Shown here: one piece after another, positions 1 through 12,451 of the stretch
How the letters are laid out: every line of letters begins with the position of its first letter
Numbering within the stretch: position 1 is the first letter of the stretch
Assembly: GCA_041650935.1 (NCBI GenBank)
Contig: JBAZKH010000003.1
Span: 37,269-101,268 of the forward strand
Length of the DNA: 64,000 nucleotides
Source of the DNA: Candidatus Omnitrophota bacterium
GTDB taxonomy: Bacteria; Omnitrophota; Gorgyraeia; 2-01-FULL-45-10
Reading direction: 5' to 3'
Position numbers and translations under genes: made by a program
The notes under the pieces: generated by a model
What the model saw: only the letters and a program-made list of their open reading frames with translations
The model's database searches: none
Told to the model about the DNA's origin: nothing

Positions 1-410
1 TTAGCGCCTATATCTATGAACATATCCTCGTACCGTAACGGGCTTTTTCTATCTTCTTCTTTTTGAAGATGCGGAGGTTTTGTCCCTATTATGCCGAGGC
101 GGCCGCCGCGTTTCGACTTTATAACAACTCTCTGGGCAGGCAGGATCCTGTCATCTATGCCGCCGACCTTTATGAAATTTAGGTAACCTTCTTTTGTTAT
201 ATGCTTCACCATGAAACCGATCTCGTCCATGTGGGCGGCTATCATGATCCGCCGTTTGCCTTTTCCGCGCCTCGCGATAACGTTACCGAAATTATCTATC
301 GTAACTTCGCCGCAAACTTTCTTCAGCTCGTCCCGCATGATAACGGCTATCTCTTTTTCGTACCCCGGAATACCGGCCGCATCTATGATCTTTTTTAGTA
401 ATGGCTCCAT
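1..410 (-). CDS. M42 family metallopeptidase (FrvX/YsdC-like), N-terminal part; gene continues past the window start
   Basis: The minus-strand translation from the ATG at 410 (GGGAGA ribosome-binding site upstream) reads MEPLLKKIIDAAGIPGYEKEIA...RRIMIAAHMDEIGFMVKHI...YEDMFIDIGA, which is typical of M42 peptidases. The ORF is still open at base 1. Confidence 0.55.
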   Translation of the reverse strand, partial: MEPLLKKIIDAAGIPGYEKEIAVIMRDELKKVCGEVTIDNFGNVIARRGKGKRRIMIAAHMDEIGFMVKHITKEGYLNFIKVGGIDDRILPAQRVVIKSKRGGRLGIIGTKPPHLQKEEDRKSPLRYEDMFIDIGA

Positions 411-438
411 CGTTTCTCCCGATTTGTTATGATTGGGG

Positions 439-1290
439 TTATTGTACCTGTATCCTTACCACATTTGGCTGCTGCGCGTCCTGTTTGTTCTGCGCGGTCG
501 GCGCTCTTGCCGTACCCAGCTTTCCTTCGCGGTAATCCTGGAGGAACCGTTTAACCCTGTCGTAAGGAATGGCAAGGCCCACGCTGTTGGCGCCCTGGAC
601 GATCGCAAGATTAATGCCCACAAGCTCCCCGCTTAGATTGAAGAGCGCTCCGCCGGAGCTTCCCTGGTTTATCGACACGTCCGTCTGGATAAGGCCCGTC
701 AATATCGGCTTTCCGTCGGATAAGAGGTTCCTGTTCAGCCCGCTCACAATACCGGCCGAGACTGAGTTCTCCAGCCCCAGCTGGTTACCGACAGCAATGA
801 CCGTCTCGCCGACTATTACATCGTTTGCTACCTTTACCGCCTTAAGCGTTTCCGGAGGCTGTATCCTGATAACAGCCAGATCATCTCCCGGGCTTACCGC
901 CTCGACAACCGCCTCTGTCTGTTTCAGATCGCTTAGCATAACATATATCCTGCTCGCCATCTGGACGACGTGGGCATTGGTAATGATGAGACCGTCTTTA
1001 GAGATTATTACTCCGGATCCGACGCTCTTCAGATTCATCGTCCCCATCGGGATAGCAGCCTGGTTGATCAACTCGTTGGGCACGCCGATCTGGCTTATTA
1101 ACGGATGGGCCTGCATAAGTACGACCTGTTCGGTGCTTATATTCACCACCGACGGAGACCATTCCTTCACGATCTTGACTACAGGTGTAATGCGGATACT
1201 TTCCGCGGCAAAAATATTGCCGCACAAGATCATCGATACGGCCGATATAAACAAAATCCTGGCTTTCATTCGTACCCCCTCTTTGGTCAA
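439..1290 (-). CDS. Trypsin-like serine protease, HtrA/DegP (S1C) family; secreted; no obvious PDZ domain
   Basis: Signal peptide, the motifs GSGVIISKDGLIITNAHVV and GNSGGAL, and the catalytic triad context. At 283 aa it is shorter than canonical DegP. Confidence 0.75.
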   Translation of the reverse strand: MTKEGVRMKARILFISAVSMILCGNIFAAESIRITPVVKIVKEWSPSVVNISTEQVVLMQAHPLISQIGVPNELINQAAIPMGTMNLKSVGSGVIISKDGLIITNAHVVQMASRIYVMLSDLKQTEAVVEAVSPGDDLAVIRIQPPETLKAVKVANDVIVGETVIAVGNQLGLENSVSAGIVSGLNRNLLSDGKPILTGLIQTDVSINQGSSGGALFNLSGELVGINLAIVQGANSVGLAIPYDRVKRFLQDYREGKLGTARAPTAQNKQDAQQPNVVRIQVQ

Positions 1291-2096
1291 TCCTCTTTCT
1301 TCTCGAACCAGACCTTGTAAGCTATAGCGCGCTGTGTCTGGATACCCTCTATCTCGGACTCCAGCCGGTCGTATTCCGGATCCTTGCCGTACTTATATGA
1401 GGACTGCGCTTCTTCGAGGCCTTTTACCTTCGCCCCGAGATCATCCATCAGCTTTGTCAGCTGAGCCCTATCCATCCCGATATAGGCTCCTCTATTATCG
1501 GGCTTAAAGGACGGCCTTGCAATACCTATTCTTACCGTATCCTGCCAATGCTCGCCCTCGTTCTCCAGCCGTATCTCGGCAAAGCTTTTACCGTCGAACG
1601 CCTTTTCGGCAAGCTCTCCTTTCAAATGAAAAAATGCCCTCTCCCCGCTTATGTCGCCCTTCGCCTGCCAGACTAAAAGCCCCAGGCCGATGGCCATGCC
1701 GGCTTTTGCGATCCCCTGTTCGAGGCCGCTGCCGGAGACCGGGATCTGCGTCCCTAAAGCGGCGAAAAGGACGGCCGCCGGTATCCGCCAGAAAGATTCT
1801 TCCCTTACATAGAATTTATCCGTACCGTCCGGCTTTATCCTTTCGTCGTCGATGTGAAGCTTTATATCCATTATCTTCCACTTCCTGAAATCGGCGCCTT
1901 TGCCCGTAGCTATCGCCGAGACGCCGATATCCATGCCTTTGCCGGTCTGGCGATAGAGAATAGCTGTATCGCAGGCGCCCCTCTCAAGCTTGAATTTTCT
2001 GTATTCTACCTCTTCCTGCTGGCCCTGCGGAAAGACTGCGGAAGGAAAAACGATTGTAAACGCCAATAGGGATATATAGAGCTTCCTTGGTATCAT
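1287..2096 (-). CDS. Hypothetical secreted protein
   Basis: N-terminal signal peptide. Overlaps the protease gene by 4 bp, which suggests one operon. No motif I recognise. Confidence 0.5.
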   Translation of the reverse strand: MIPRKLYISLLAFTIVFPSAVFPQGQQEEVEYRKFKLERGACDTAILYRQTGKGMDIGVSAIATGKGADFRKWKIMDIKLHIDDERIKPDGTDKFYVREESFWRIPAAVLFAALGTQIPVSGSGLEQGIAKAGMAIGLGLLVWQAKGDISGERAFFHLKGELAEKAFDGKSFAEIRLENEGEHWQDTVRIGIARPSFKPDNRGAYIGMDRAQLTKLMDDLGAKVKGLEEAQSSYKYGKDPEYDRLESEIEGIQTQRAIAYKVWFEKKED

Positions 2097-2099
2097 TAC

Positions 2100-2375
2100 T
2101 TATATCTTTCGGGTAAGATAACCGCAAGACGAATAAGGCAATCCTTTTTTAATGACCTCGTTTATCGGGACACAGGTAAAGGTACGACCCGAAACGGTCT
2201 TCTGACTGCCCAACCTTCTGGTATATATCTTACAAGTATATCTGCCGTCAGGGGTTTTGGCAAGGTTCAAGCACGGATCCTGCGCGGCGCCGCAGCAGGC
2301 CCCGCACCGCAGACAGAGGGATTCGAATTCTTTGAGCCATGCGTCTTGTTTTTGCAGGTATTGTTCGTCGTCCAT
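2100..2375 (-). CDS. YkgJ/UPF0153 family Zn/Fe-chelating CxxCxxCC protein
   Basis: CLRCGACCG signature plus additional downstream Cys residues. Confidence 0.6.
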   Translation of the reverse strand: MDDEQYLQKQDAWLKEFESLCLRCGACCGAAQDPCLNLAKTPDGRYTCKIYTRRLGSQKTVSGRTFTCVPINEVIKKGLPYSSCGYLTRKI

Positions 2376-2441
2376 AGATATGTGGAATTTTCGTATCTAT
2401 TATAGGGGTAATATAGTGATTATCAAGTAAATTCGGATTTT

Positions 2442-5400
2442 TTAGGCGTGATATGCCTGGATAGATTTTACCTCCAGCCTGCCTTTTAACACAGCTTCCA
2501 TTCCGTTTACCGCTGCCTGCGCTCCCTGGATCGTAGTTATGCAAGGGATGCCGCGCATGACCGCCGAATTCCTTATAAGCTTCATATCTAATTGTCCGCT
2601 CTGGCCCGAAGTAGTGTTTATGATCAATTTGAGTTTTCCGTTTTTAATGAGATCCAATATCCTCGCGTCACCTTCATTTATCTTCCCGACCATCTGCGCC
2701 TTTATGTTATTGGATGAGAGCACCTTGTAAGTGCCTTCCGTGGCGATAAGCTTAAAGCCCATGTCGAAAAGTTTTTTTGCTATAAATACCATATCTCTTT
2801 TGTCGCCGTTTTTTACGCTTATGAATATATCTCCTTTGCGGGGAAGCGCTTGATTTGCGGCGATCTGGGATTTATAAAATGCCTTTCCGAAAGAAGAATC
2901 TATCCCCATTACCTCTCCGGTCGATTTCATCTCCGGACCCAATAAAATATCGACTCCGGAGAAACGCGAGAACGGCAGGACCGACTCCTTGACCGATATA
3001 TGCTTCACCTGTTTCTCGACAGTAAACCCAAGCTCTTTAAGGGTCTTGCCCGCCATGATCTTAGCCGCCATTTTAGCCAGCGGAACGCCGATCGCCTTAC
3101 TCACAAAAGGAATAGTACGCGAGGCCCTGGGATTCACCTCCAGTACATAGACCTTCTCTCCTTTTACGGCGAACTGGATATTTATTAAGCCTTTAACGTT
3201 CAATTCTTTCGATAAGGCATAAGTATACTCCCTTATCACATTAATGATAGAATCTCCTAAAGTATGCGGAGGAAGCACGCAGGCCGAATCGCCCGAATGG
3301 ATGCCCGCCTCTTCGATGTGCTCCATTATCCCGCCTATGACGGTACTTTTCCCGTCGGAGATCGCGTCAACGTCAACCTCTACGGCATCTTCCAAAAATT
3401 TGTCCACCAATATAGGATGGTCGGGCGAGGCCTTTTGCGCCTCCCCGGCAAATTTAAGCAGATCGTCTTCGTCATATACTATCTTCATCGCGCGGCCGCC
3501 TAAAACATATGACGGCCTTACCAATACAGGAAAGCCTATCCGCCTGGCAATCACCACCGCTTCTTTTACCGAGGACGCGGAACCGTTTTCCGGCTGATTG
3601 ATCTTTAATTTTTTGATGATCCGGGCAAATTTATCCCTGTCTTCGGCGATATCGATAGATTTAACACTGGTGCCGATAATGGGAACGCCGGCGCTCTTAA
3701 GCCGCTTTGCCAGGTTGAGAGGAGTCTGTCCGCCGAACTGGACTATCACACCGTACGGCTTTTCCTTTTCGATTATATTCATGACGTCTTCAAAAGTCAG
3801 CGGTTCGAAATAGAGCTTGTCGGACGTGTCATAATCTGTAGAGACCGTCTCCGGGTTGGAGTTCACCATGATAGTCTCGAAGCCGAGTTCCTTCAGGGCA
3901 AAAGACGCATGGCAGCAGCAATAGTCAAACTCTATCCCCTGGCCTATCCTGTTAGGGCCGCCGCCCAATATCATTATCTTCTTCTTTTTGGAGACATGGC
4001 TCTCGTCTTCCTGCTCGTACGTTGAATAATAATACGGGGTATACGCCTCAAACTCGCCGGCGCAGGTATCTACAAGTTTATATGTCGTATCGATTCCGTT
4101 ATTTTTTCGCGTCTTCCTTACGGACGCTTCGTCGACACCGGATAAGGATGCGATCTGGCTGTCGCTAAAACCGTATTCCTTGGCCTTTCGTAAATATTCT
4201 TTATTTAAGGATCTGTTTTTTAAAAACTCTTTCTTGAGAACCGTCTCAAAATCGGTTATCTCTTTAATATTTTGAATAAACCAAGGATCGATGCGCGTTA
4301 TACGGGCTATGCTTGCCGCGCTATAGCCTTTCTGCAGCGCATATTTAATGTAAAAAATCCTTGAAGCATTAGGATCTCGCAGTCTTTGCAGTATCTTCTT
4401 GCGGGGTATTTTTTTGTAATTTGACTTATTGTCCAGGCCGGTATGCCCGATCTCCATGCCGCGCAGCCCCTTCTGGAGAGCCTCTTTTAATGTGCGGCCG
4501 ATAGCCATTGCCTCGCCCACGGATTTCATGGAGATCCCGAGGACGTCTTTCGCTTCGGGGAATTTTTCAAAAGTGAATCTCGGGATCTTAACCACGCAGT
4601 AATCGATTACCGGCTCGAATGATGCCGGGGTCTCTTTCGTGATATCGTTCCTTATCTCATCAAGCGTATAACCAACCGCTAGCTTTGCCGCAAATTTCGC
4701 GATCGGGAACCCCGTCGCCTTGCTCGCCAGAGCGGAGCTTCTCGATACCCTTGGATTCATCTCGATAACCACCATCCTGCCGTTCCGCGGGTTGACCGCG
4801 AATTGTATATTGGAACCGCCGGTTTCGACGCCCACTTCTCTAATAATCGCGATGGCCGCGTCTCTCATCTTTTGATATTCTTTGTCCGTCAAAGTTTGAG
4901 CAGGCGCAACCGTTATGGAATCTCCCGTATGCACTCCCATAGGGTCGAAATTCTCGATCGAACAAACTATGACCACATTATCTTTTCCGTCTCTCATTAC
5001 CTCAAGCTCATACTCTTTCCAGCCCACAACCGATTCTTCGATCAGGATCTCGCCTATCATGCTGTTCTTCAATCCCAGGTCCGCTATCCGCTTGAATTCC
5101 GCCATGTTCTTAGCGACTCCGCCGCCGGTCCCGCCCAATGTAAAACTCGGCCTTACGATAACCGGCAGCCCGATCCTCTTCGCGGCGCGAAGGGCTTCTT
5201 TCATATTATGGGCTAAAAGACTTCTTGGCAGATCGAGGCCTATCTTTATCATCGAGTTCTTAAAATATTCCCTATTCTCCGCTTTCTTGATCGCTTCATA
5301 GCTCGCCCCTATCATCTTAACTTTATATTTACGGAGGGTACCGTTTTCAACCAATTTAACCGCGGTATTCAAACCCGTCTGTCCGCCAAGCGTAGGTAAA

Positions 5401-5657
5401 AGCGCGTCAGGCCTCTCCCTAGCGATGATCCGTTCGACAAATTCAGGAGTTATCGGCTCGATGTAAGTGATGTCGGCCGTCTCGGGATCGGTCATCACGG
5501 TAGCAGGGTTGGAATTGACCAGCACCACTTTAAAGCCTTCTTCCCTCAGCGCCTTACAGGCCTGTGTCCCGGAATAGTCGAATTCACAGGCCTGGCCGAT
5601 CACGATCGGGCCCGAGCCGATGATCAATATCTTTTTAATATCTTTTCGTTTTGGCAT
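2442..5657 (-). CDS. carB: Carbamoyl-phosphate synthase large subunit
   Basis: 1071 aa with the N-terminus [25 protein letters not shown] and duplicated ATP-grasp halves. Confidence 0.95.
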   Translation of the reverse strand: MPKRKDIKKILIIGSGPIVIGQACEFDYSGTQACKALREEGFKVVLVNSNPATVMTDPETADITYIEPITPEFVERIIARERPDALLPTLGGQTGLNTAVKLVENGTLRKYKVKMIGASYEAIKKAENREYFKNSMIKIGLDLPRSLLAHNMKEALRAAKRIGLPVIVRPSFTLGGTGGGVAKNMAEFKRIADLGLKNSMIGEILIEESVVGWKEYELEVMRDGKDNVVIVCSIENFDPMGVHTGDSITVAPAQTLTDKEYQKMRDAAIAIIREVGVETGGSNIQFAVNPRNGRMVVIEMNPRVSRSSALASKATGFPIAKFAAKLAVGYTLDEIRNDITKETPASFEPVIDYCVVKIPRFTFEKFPEAKDVLGISMKSVGEAMAIGRTLKEALQKGLRGMEIGHTGLDNKSNYKKIPRKKILQRLRDPNASRIFYIKYALQKGYSAASIARITRIDPWFIQNIKEITDFETVLKKEFLKNRSLNKEYLRKAKEYGFSDSQIASLSGVDEASVRKTRKNNGIDTTYKLVDTCAGEFEAYTPYYYSTYEQEDESHVSKKKKIMILGGGPNRIGQGIEFDYCCCHASFALKELGFETIMVNSNPETVSTDYDTSDKLYFEPLTFEDVMNIIEKEKPYGVIVQFGGQTPLNLAKRLKSAGVPIIGTSVKSIDIAEDRDKFARIIKKLKINQPENGSASSVKEAVVIARRIGFPVLVRPSYVLGGRAMKIVYDEDDLLKFAGEAQKASPDHPILVDKFLEDAVEVDVDAISDGKSTVIGGIMEHIEEAGIHSGDSACVLPPHTLGDSIINVIREYTYALSKELNVKGLINIQFAVKGEKVYVLEVNPRASRTIPFVSKAIGVPLAKMAAKIMAGKTLKELGFTVEKQVKHISVKESVLPFSRFSGVDILLGPEMKSTGEVMGIDSSFGKAFYKSQIAANQALPRKGDIFISVKNGDKRDMVFIAKKLFDMGFKLIATEGTYKVLSSNNIKAQMVGKINEGDARILDLIKNGKLKLIINTTSGQSGQLDMKLIRNSAVMRGIPCITTIQGAQAAVNGMEAVLKGRLEVKSIQAYHA

Positions 5658-6726
5658 GTCTCATCATTCCCGCAAATTTGTTAAACAGATACTCCGCGTC
5701 ATGGGGGCCCGGCGAAGCTTCGGGATGGAACTGGACGGAGAATATCGGTAATTTCGTATGCTGCATCCCCTCGAGCGTCCGGTCATTTAAATTTATGTGC
5801 GTTGCCCGGAGATATCTCTTATCGAGTGAATTCATATCGACAGAAAAACCGTGGTTCTGCGAAGTAATATATACCTTGCCGGTATCCAAATCTTTTACAG
5901 GCTGGTTTGCGCCGTGATGGCCGAATTTTAGCTTATATGTACTGCCGCCGAAGGCGAGGCCCAATATCTGCTGACCGAGACAGATCCCGAAGATCGGTAT
6001 CTTTCCTATCAGTTTTTTTACATTTTCTACAACGTAGCGGACTGCCGCCGGGTCTCCCGGCCCGTTGGAGATTAAAACCCCGTCGACTTTCATATTCAAA
6101 ATATCCGCCGCGGCGGTCGAGGCCGGCACAACTATTATCCCGCATCCATTTCTGGATAACATTCTCAAAATATTGAGTTTCAACCCGCAGTCGATAACCG
6201 CGACTTTTAATTTTCCCCGGCCCTCCCGCCTGTAAATCTTCCGGCAGGTTACTTCTTTAACCAGGTCTACTCCGATCAAGCCTCGCGAAGCCCCGGCTTT
6301 TTTAACCAATCTCTTCCCGTCCAAATCTTCCGTAGACAGCACGGCTTTCATAGCGCCCGCCTCTCTTATATGGAGAGTAAGCGAGCGCGTATCCACGCCT
6401 TCGATGCCTAAGATATTATTCTCTTTAAGATACTCGCCCAGCGGCTTTGAGGCCCGCCAGCTGCTGAAGACCTTGCTGTATTCCTTCACTACGAAGCCCT
6501 CCAGAAACGGCCTTCGCGATTCCACGTCTTCTTTGTTTACACCGTAGTTACCTATCAGAGGATAGGTCATGGTAACGATCTGCCCCTTATAAGAAGGATC
6601 GGTAATGATCTCCTGGTAGCCTGTCATGCTTGTATTAAAGACAACCTCGCCGCAAGCCTCGCCTCTTGCGCCGAAAGACTGTCCCTTAAAGATCTTTCCG
6701 CTTTCTAAAGCCAGTATCGCTTCCAT
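5635..6726 (-). CDS. carA: Carbamoyl-phosphate synthase small subunit (glutaminase)
   Basis: 363 aa with a class I glutamine amidotransferase C-terminus (GICLGQQ). Overlaps carB. Confidence 0.93.
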   Translation of the reverse strand: MEAILALESGKIFKGQSFGARGEACGEVVFNTSMTGYQEIITDPSYKGQIVTMTYPLIGNYGVNKEDVESRRPFLEGFVVKEYSKVFSSWRASKPLGEYLKENNILGIEGVDTRSLTLHIREAGAMKAVLSTEDLDGKRLVKKAGASRGLIGVDLVKEVTCRKIYRREGRGKLKVAVIDCGLKLNILRMLSRNGCGIIVVPASTAAADILNMKVDGVLISNGPGDPAAVRYVVENVKKLIGKIPIFGICLGQQILGLAFGGSTYKLKFGHHGANQPVKDLDTGKVYITSQNHGFSVDMNSLDKRYLRATHINLNDRTLEGMQHTKLPIFSVQFHPEASPGPHDAEYLFNKFAGMMRHAKTKRY

Positions 6727-6768
6727 ATCTTTAACTCGTTTTCTCCAGCGCCGTCCTTCGGCAAAAGC

Positions 6769-8379
<1,611 letters not shown>

Positions 8380-8383
8380 TTAA

Positions 8384-10963
8384 TCATCCCTCCCTGGAAA
8401 AACAGACGATCTTTTGCGATACAATATCCGATATTATCTTCAAATTTCTTTCGCCCGCATCGTAAACAGCGACAACGCCTTTATACCCGGCATATTGAGG
8501 CAAAAGCTCTGTTAATATATCTTCCGATTTATCAAGCCAGCCGCGGTTGAATACAACATCCTTCTTTTCGGGGAATAACGCGGTATAAAATATATTTGTC
8601 TCCACCAGATCCTGGAAAAAATGTGTTCCAAAAGATAATTCCGGCATGAGATTACCATCGGAAAAAGCAATTTCGACGAGAACCGTTATATTATTTATTT
8701 CGGCAAATTTTACCGGAACGCCCAATGACGGCGTTGTAGTGCCCCATCTCCCGGGCCCCATCAAAATAGCCGGCAATTTTTCCTTATTATCGATGGTCCT
8801 GTTCAATGCCCCCACGATGCGGGCAACTTCATATTTATCGGACTGCGCAAGCTCACTATATTTATTCGGGTCGACAAATATAACTCTCTTTATATCCTGC
8901 GCGATGTTCCCGCCCAAAAAATATCCTTTCGATTCAAAAAGCATATCTTTTTTGCTTATGCCGGGCGGCACCGCCGTCCTGCGGCCGAGGCCTCGTGTCT
9001 GCAGCGGCCTGCACTGCAAAAGGTTTATTTTCAACCTGTTGTTCTTTGTAAAGTTCACCGTGAATTCTATCTCGACCGGATAGTCGTAGGCTTCTTCCAG
9101 GGACGCAAGTATCTTAGTAAAGGAACTTATAAGCATCCCATTATCAAGCGCATCATCAAGCGTCAGGATCCAGTATTCTTTTTCCTGAGCGCCCGTTTCG
9201 TTCATTATCCGCATCGCATCGTAGTCTTTAACGGCTATCCGGTCTATTTTCGGGTAGAGACGCTCGTTTACGATACTTTCGAACGAAACGGTCTTAAAAG
9301 CATTCTCTTCCGTATCTATAACATCTACCTCATGCTGTGAAAACCGCTTGAGGTCATCCCTCTCCGAATACGGCCTTCGCGACGGATTATCCAGCGCCGC
9401 CATCCTGGGATAATCACCTTCGACGCGATTGACCGCCCGCGTGCCAAGCCCGAATACGATCCTGAGCATCCCCGCCTTTTGATCCATACCCTCGCTCCAT
9501 ACATAAGTATTGTGGGAAACCCCGACGCCCGCGAGATCGGGGAAAAAATAGTTTTTATGGTGCGCGCCCGAGACACGTTGGACCAGGAGCGCCATCTGTT
9601 CATCCATCCTGTCCAGTCCCCTTTGTTTTCTGTATACGAGCGCATCTTCGTTCATTGTGCTTGCGTATATCTTCTTTACCGCTTCGGCAAACTGGATATA
9701 TCTCTGTTCGGGGCTTCCCTGGTTTGCCAGGAATATGCTTTCGTATTTCCCGGCAAACGCGTTCCCGAACCCGTCCTCCAGGAGCGAGCTCGAACGTATT
9801 ATTATCGGCGATGAGCCGAAGTATTCGATAATCTGCTGAAAACTTTCCATAATATCCTCGGAGAATACGCCATAAAGCATCTTTTCTTTCAAGATCTTCG
9901 CCGAAGTAAAATATCCGTCCTCCGTCTTCTGCTGCATCCGTAATTTCCACCACCGGTTCTGGACTATATATGAGTAGAATATGTCCGACCCTATATAAAA
10001 TGAATCGTGCGGTTCGGAAAGGTTCTCCCAGCCGGGCACCTTTTTCGATAGTATCTTCCTGGCCAAAAGCATGCCCACGCTCTTACCGCCGATAAAACCG
10101 GTCCCTATCAATCTCGATTTTATTTCTATCAGCTCCTCCAGCGGGAAATTGTCCATCGCCAGGGGAAGGATCTTCTTATTAGAGCTTATCATTATGCCGC
10201 ACAGTTTTTTGACCGCCTCTCTGGTCTTCGCCTTTTTTAAAGCAGGACTGCCGGCGAGCTCTTCCGCGTCGAGAAAGAGACGGTCCCAGTAATCGAGATT
10301 CCGCTTGGCGCTCTCGGAACCTCTCTCGTGAATATACGATAGTATCTTAGCGGCGTTAACGCTGTCGATGACCGGGATGAATTTATCATTCTTCCTTTGA
10401 TGCGGGAGAAACATCGTCGGCGAATACCGGTTCCACACTTTCAAAGGATGTATGTAAGTATTACCTTCGCAGCAGTAGACGTCCAGGAGCAGCTGCGTAG
10501 TCTCGCGTATAGAAGCTATCGATTTAAAGGAATGGTTATTCCGCAATATCGAGAAGTACGTGACCGTCTTCAACTCATAAAGATAAGGACAGGTGACCAT
10601 AAAGAAATTACCTATCATCGTATCCGTCGCCCACGCCGAGAGCAGTTCCGACAGGCAATCGAATATGTAATATACCCCCTCGCCGCAATCCGTAATAATA
10701 TTATTCACTTTTGTAGTAAAGTCTTCGAATCCCGCGTCGGCATTCAGTTCGTACCTGGCTATCTGCCTTGAAGGTTTGATAAGCTCTCTATGCGAGGCGA
10801 ACCTTATATATACGATCCTCCTTTTCTCCCTGAGCGCCTGGCTTACAAAAGGTTTAACGAGGCCGGCATACTCTTCTATATCGTCTATCTGCCAGACTAC
10901 GTTATCTCCGGCTCTCAATCCGGTAATGACCGTATCCAGCCCTTTTATACCTGTCGATATCAT
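8384..10963 (-). CDS. Fusion protein: KaiC/RecA-like domain without a Walker A motif, then a PEP-synthase/PPDK-type nucleotide-binding (ATP-grasp) domain; no phosphohistidine domain seen
   Basis: The N-terminus ISTGIKGLDTVITGLRAGDNVVWQIDDIEEY resembles KaiC but has no GxxxxGKT. The middle contains IIRSSSLLEDGFGNAFAGKYES and GGKSVGMLLAR, which match PpsA/PPDK N-domain motifs. No TSHAA-type His motif. Confidence 0.7.
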   Translation of the reverse strand: MISTGIKGLDTVITGLRAGDNVVWQIDDIEEYAGLVKPFVSQALREKRRIVYIRFASHRELIKPSRQIARYELNADAGFEDFTTKVNNIITDCGEGVYYIFDCLSELLSAWATDTMIGNFFMVTCPYLYELKTVTYFSILRNNHSFKSIASIRETTQLLLDVYCCEGNTYIHPLKVWNRYSPTMFLPHQRKNDKFIPVIDSVNAAKILSYIHERGSESAKRNLDYWDRLFLDAEELAGSPALKKAKTREAVKKLCGIMISSNKKILPLAMDNFPLEELIEIKSRLIGTGFIGGKSVGMLLARKILSKKVPGWENLSEPHDSFYIGSDIFYSYIVQNRWWKLRMQQKTEDGYFTSAKILKEKMLYGVFSEDIMESFQQIIEYFGSSPIIIRSSSLLEDGFGNAFAGKYESIFLANQGSPEQRYIQFAEAVKKIYASTMNEDALVYRKQRGLDRMDEQMALLVQRVSGAHHKNYFFPDLAGVGVSHNTYVWSEGMDQKAGMLRIVFGLGTRAVNRVEGDYPRMAALDNPSRRPYSERDDLKRFSQHEVDVIDTEENAFKTVSFESIVNERLYPKIDRIAVKDYDAMRIMNETGAQEKEYWILTLDDALDNGMLISSFTKILASLEEAYDYPVEIEFTVNFTKNNRLKINLLQCRPLQTRGLGRRTAVPPGISKKDMLFESKGYFLGGNIAQDIKRVIFVDPNKYSELAQSDKYEVARIVGALNRTIDNKEKLPAILMGPGRWGTTTPSLGVPVKFAEINNITVLVEIAFSDGNLMPELSFGTHFFQDLVETNIFYTALFPEKKDVVFNRGWLDKSEDILTELLPQYAGYKGVVAVYDAGERNLKIISDIVSQKIVCFSREG

Positions 10964-10992
10964 AATTTTCCACCCTCAAAAGATAAGGGGCC

Positions 10993-12387
10993 TCATATTA
11001 GCGGTAAATCACTTTCACCTTCAAGATACCTGTCGATATGATACGCCGAACGCCGGCCTTCCGAAATAGCCCAGACCACCAATGACTGGCCGCGTCTCAT
11101 ATCGCCGGCAGCGAATACTTTTTTTGCCGAAGTTTTATAACCGTCCTCCGCCCGCACATTGCCCCGTTTATCAAATTCGATAAAGAGATCTTTTAGAAGG
11201 ACCGAGTGCTCCGGGTGTAAAAATCCTATAGCGAGAATTACGAGATCCGCTTCTATCTCAAGTTCCTTACCGCCCGTTTCGCAGAAAAGCTTCTTTACTG
11301 AACCGTTTTCGCCGGCAAAGCGTTTTGTCGTAACCGACCAATGGCGCTCACCGCCTTCTTCGTGGCTCGACGTCTTCTTTAAAAGATTCGGGTATCCCGG
11401 CCAGGGACAATCGGCGGTCCTTTCCGCTCCGGGTTTAGGGAGGACCTCTATCTGCGCCACACAAGACGCCCCCTGGCGATGGGCGGTACCCACGCAATCG
11501 GCCCCCGTATCCCCGCCGCCTATCACAACAACCTTTTTGCCTTTTGCGTCGATAAGCTCATTATGCGGCATCCGTTCGCCGCTTACGCGCCTGTTCGACT
11601 GGGTAAGGTAATCCATCGCGAAATATATGCCTTTTAACTCTCTTCCCTCTATTTTGAGATCCCGGGGAAGGCGCGAGCCGCAGCAAAGGCAGACGGCATC
11701 AAACTCATCAAGAAGCCTGCCGGCAGGATAATCCACCCCAGCGTTCACACCCGTTTTAAAAACAATTCCTTCTTTTTCCCATATATCGATCCGCCTGTCG
11801 AGAAGCTCTTTTTCTAATTTAAAATCCGGGATACCGTAGCGCAGTATGCCCCCCGGTTTCCCATCGCGCTCAAAAACAATCACGCTGTGACCGGCCCTGT
11901 TCGACTGCGCCGCGCAGGACAGTCCGGCCGGTCCGGAACCGATCACGGCTATTTTTTTCCCCGTCCTCTTCTTTACCGGGACCGGCTTAATGAGCCCGTT
12001 CCTGAATCCGTATTCTATAATAGCGAGCTCGTTTTCGCGTATCGTAACCGCGTCATCGTTTAGTCCCAGGACGCAGGAGTATTCGCATAACGCGGGGCAA
12101 ACCCTGCCGGTTATCTCAGGCAGGTTGTTTGCGGCGTCCAGTAATATGAGCGCCTCTTTCCAGTTATCGTGGAATATATGATCATTCCACTCGGGGACAT
12201 AATTCCCCAAAGGGCAGGCCCAATGGCAAAATGGAGTCGCGCAGTCCATACAGCGCGACGCCTGCTCCCGCGATTGTTCATCAGGCCGCGGCATAGATAC
12301 CCGCCCGAAGTCGAGAAGACGTTCGCAGACCGGCCTGCACCGGCCGTTCTGCCTGGCTATTTTTAAGAAACCTTTCACGTCACCCAT
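10993..12387 (-). CDS. gltD: Glutamate synthase small (beta) subunit
   Basis: Fe-S Cys cluster at the N-terminus and an FAD/NAD(P)-binding KKIAVIGSGPAGL motif. Confidence 0.9.
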   Translation of the reverse strand: MGDVKGFLKIARQNGRCRPVCERLLDFGRVSMPRPDEQSREQASRCMDCATPFCHWACPLGNYVPEWNDHIFHDNWKEALILLDAANNLPEITGRVCPALCEYSCVLGLNDDAVTIRENELAIIEYGFRNGLIKPVPVKKRTGKKIAVIGSGPAGLSCAAQSNRAGHSVIVFERDGKPGGILRYGIPDFKLEKELLDRRIDIWEKEGIVFKTGVNAGVDYPAGRLLDEFDAVCLCCGSRLPRDLKIEGRELKGIYFAMDYLTQSNRRVSGERMPHNELIDAKGKKVVVIGGGDTGADCVGTAHRQGASCVAQIEVLPKPGAERTADCPWPGYPNLLKKTSSHEEGGERHWSVTTKRFAGENGSVKKLFCETGGKELEIEADLVILAIGFLHPEHSVLLKDLFIEFDKRGNVRAEDGYKTSAKKVFAAGDMRRGQSLVVWAISEGRRSAYHIDRYLEGESDLPLI

Positions 12388-12451
12388 AAATACCTTCCGT
12401 TAACCCTGTGAAGCCCTGCCGTTATCTAAGCGCCTTGAGGGCGAAGCAGGG

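Noticed and set aside
1-410. M42 peptidase apparently truncated at 136 aa by a stop at bases 1-3
   Set aside because: The frame is offset: the window ends in mid-codon and the ORF is simply cut by the window boundary.
2248-2544. 98-aa ORF overlapping the YkgJ gene and the carB 3' end; many similar antisense ORFs inside carB, gltB, glnA and pckG
   Set aside because: They lie on the opposite strand or in alternative frames of well-supported long genes and show GC-rich codon bias artefacts. No ribosome-binding sites.
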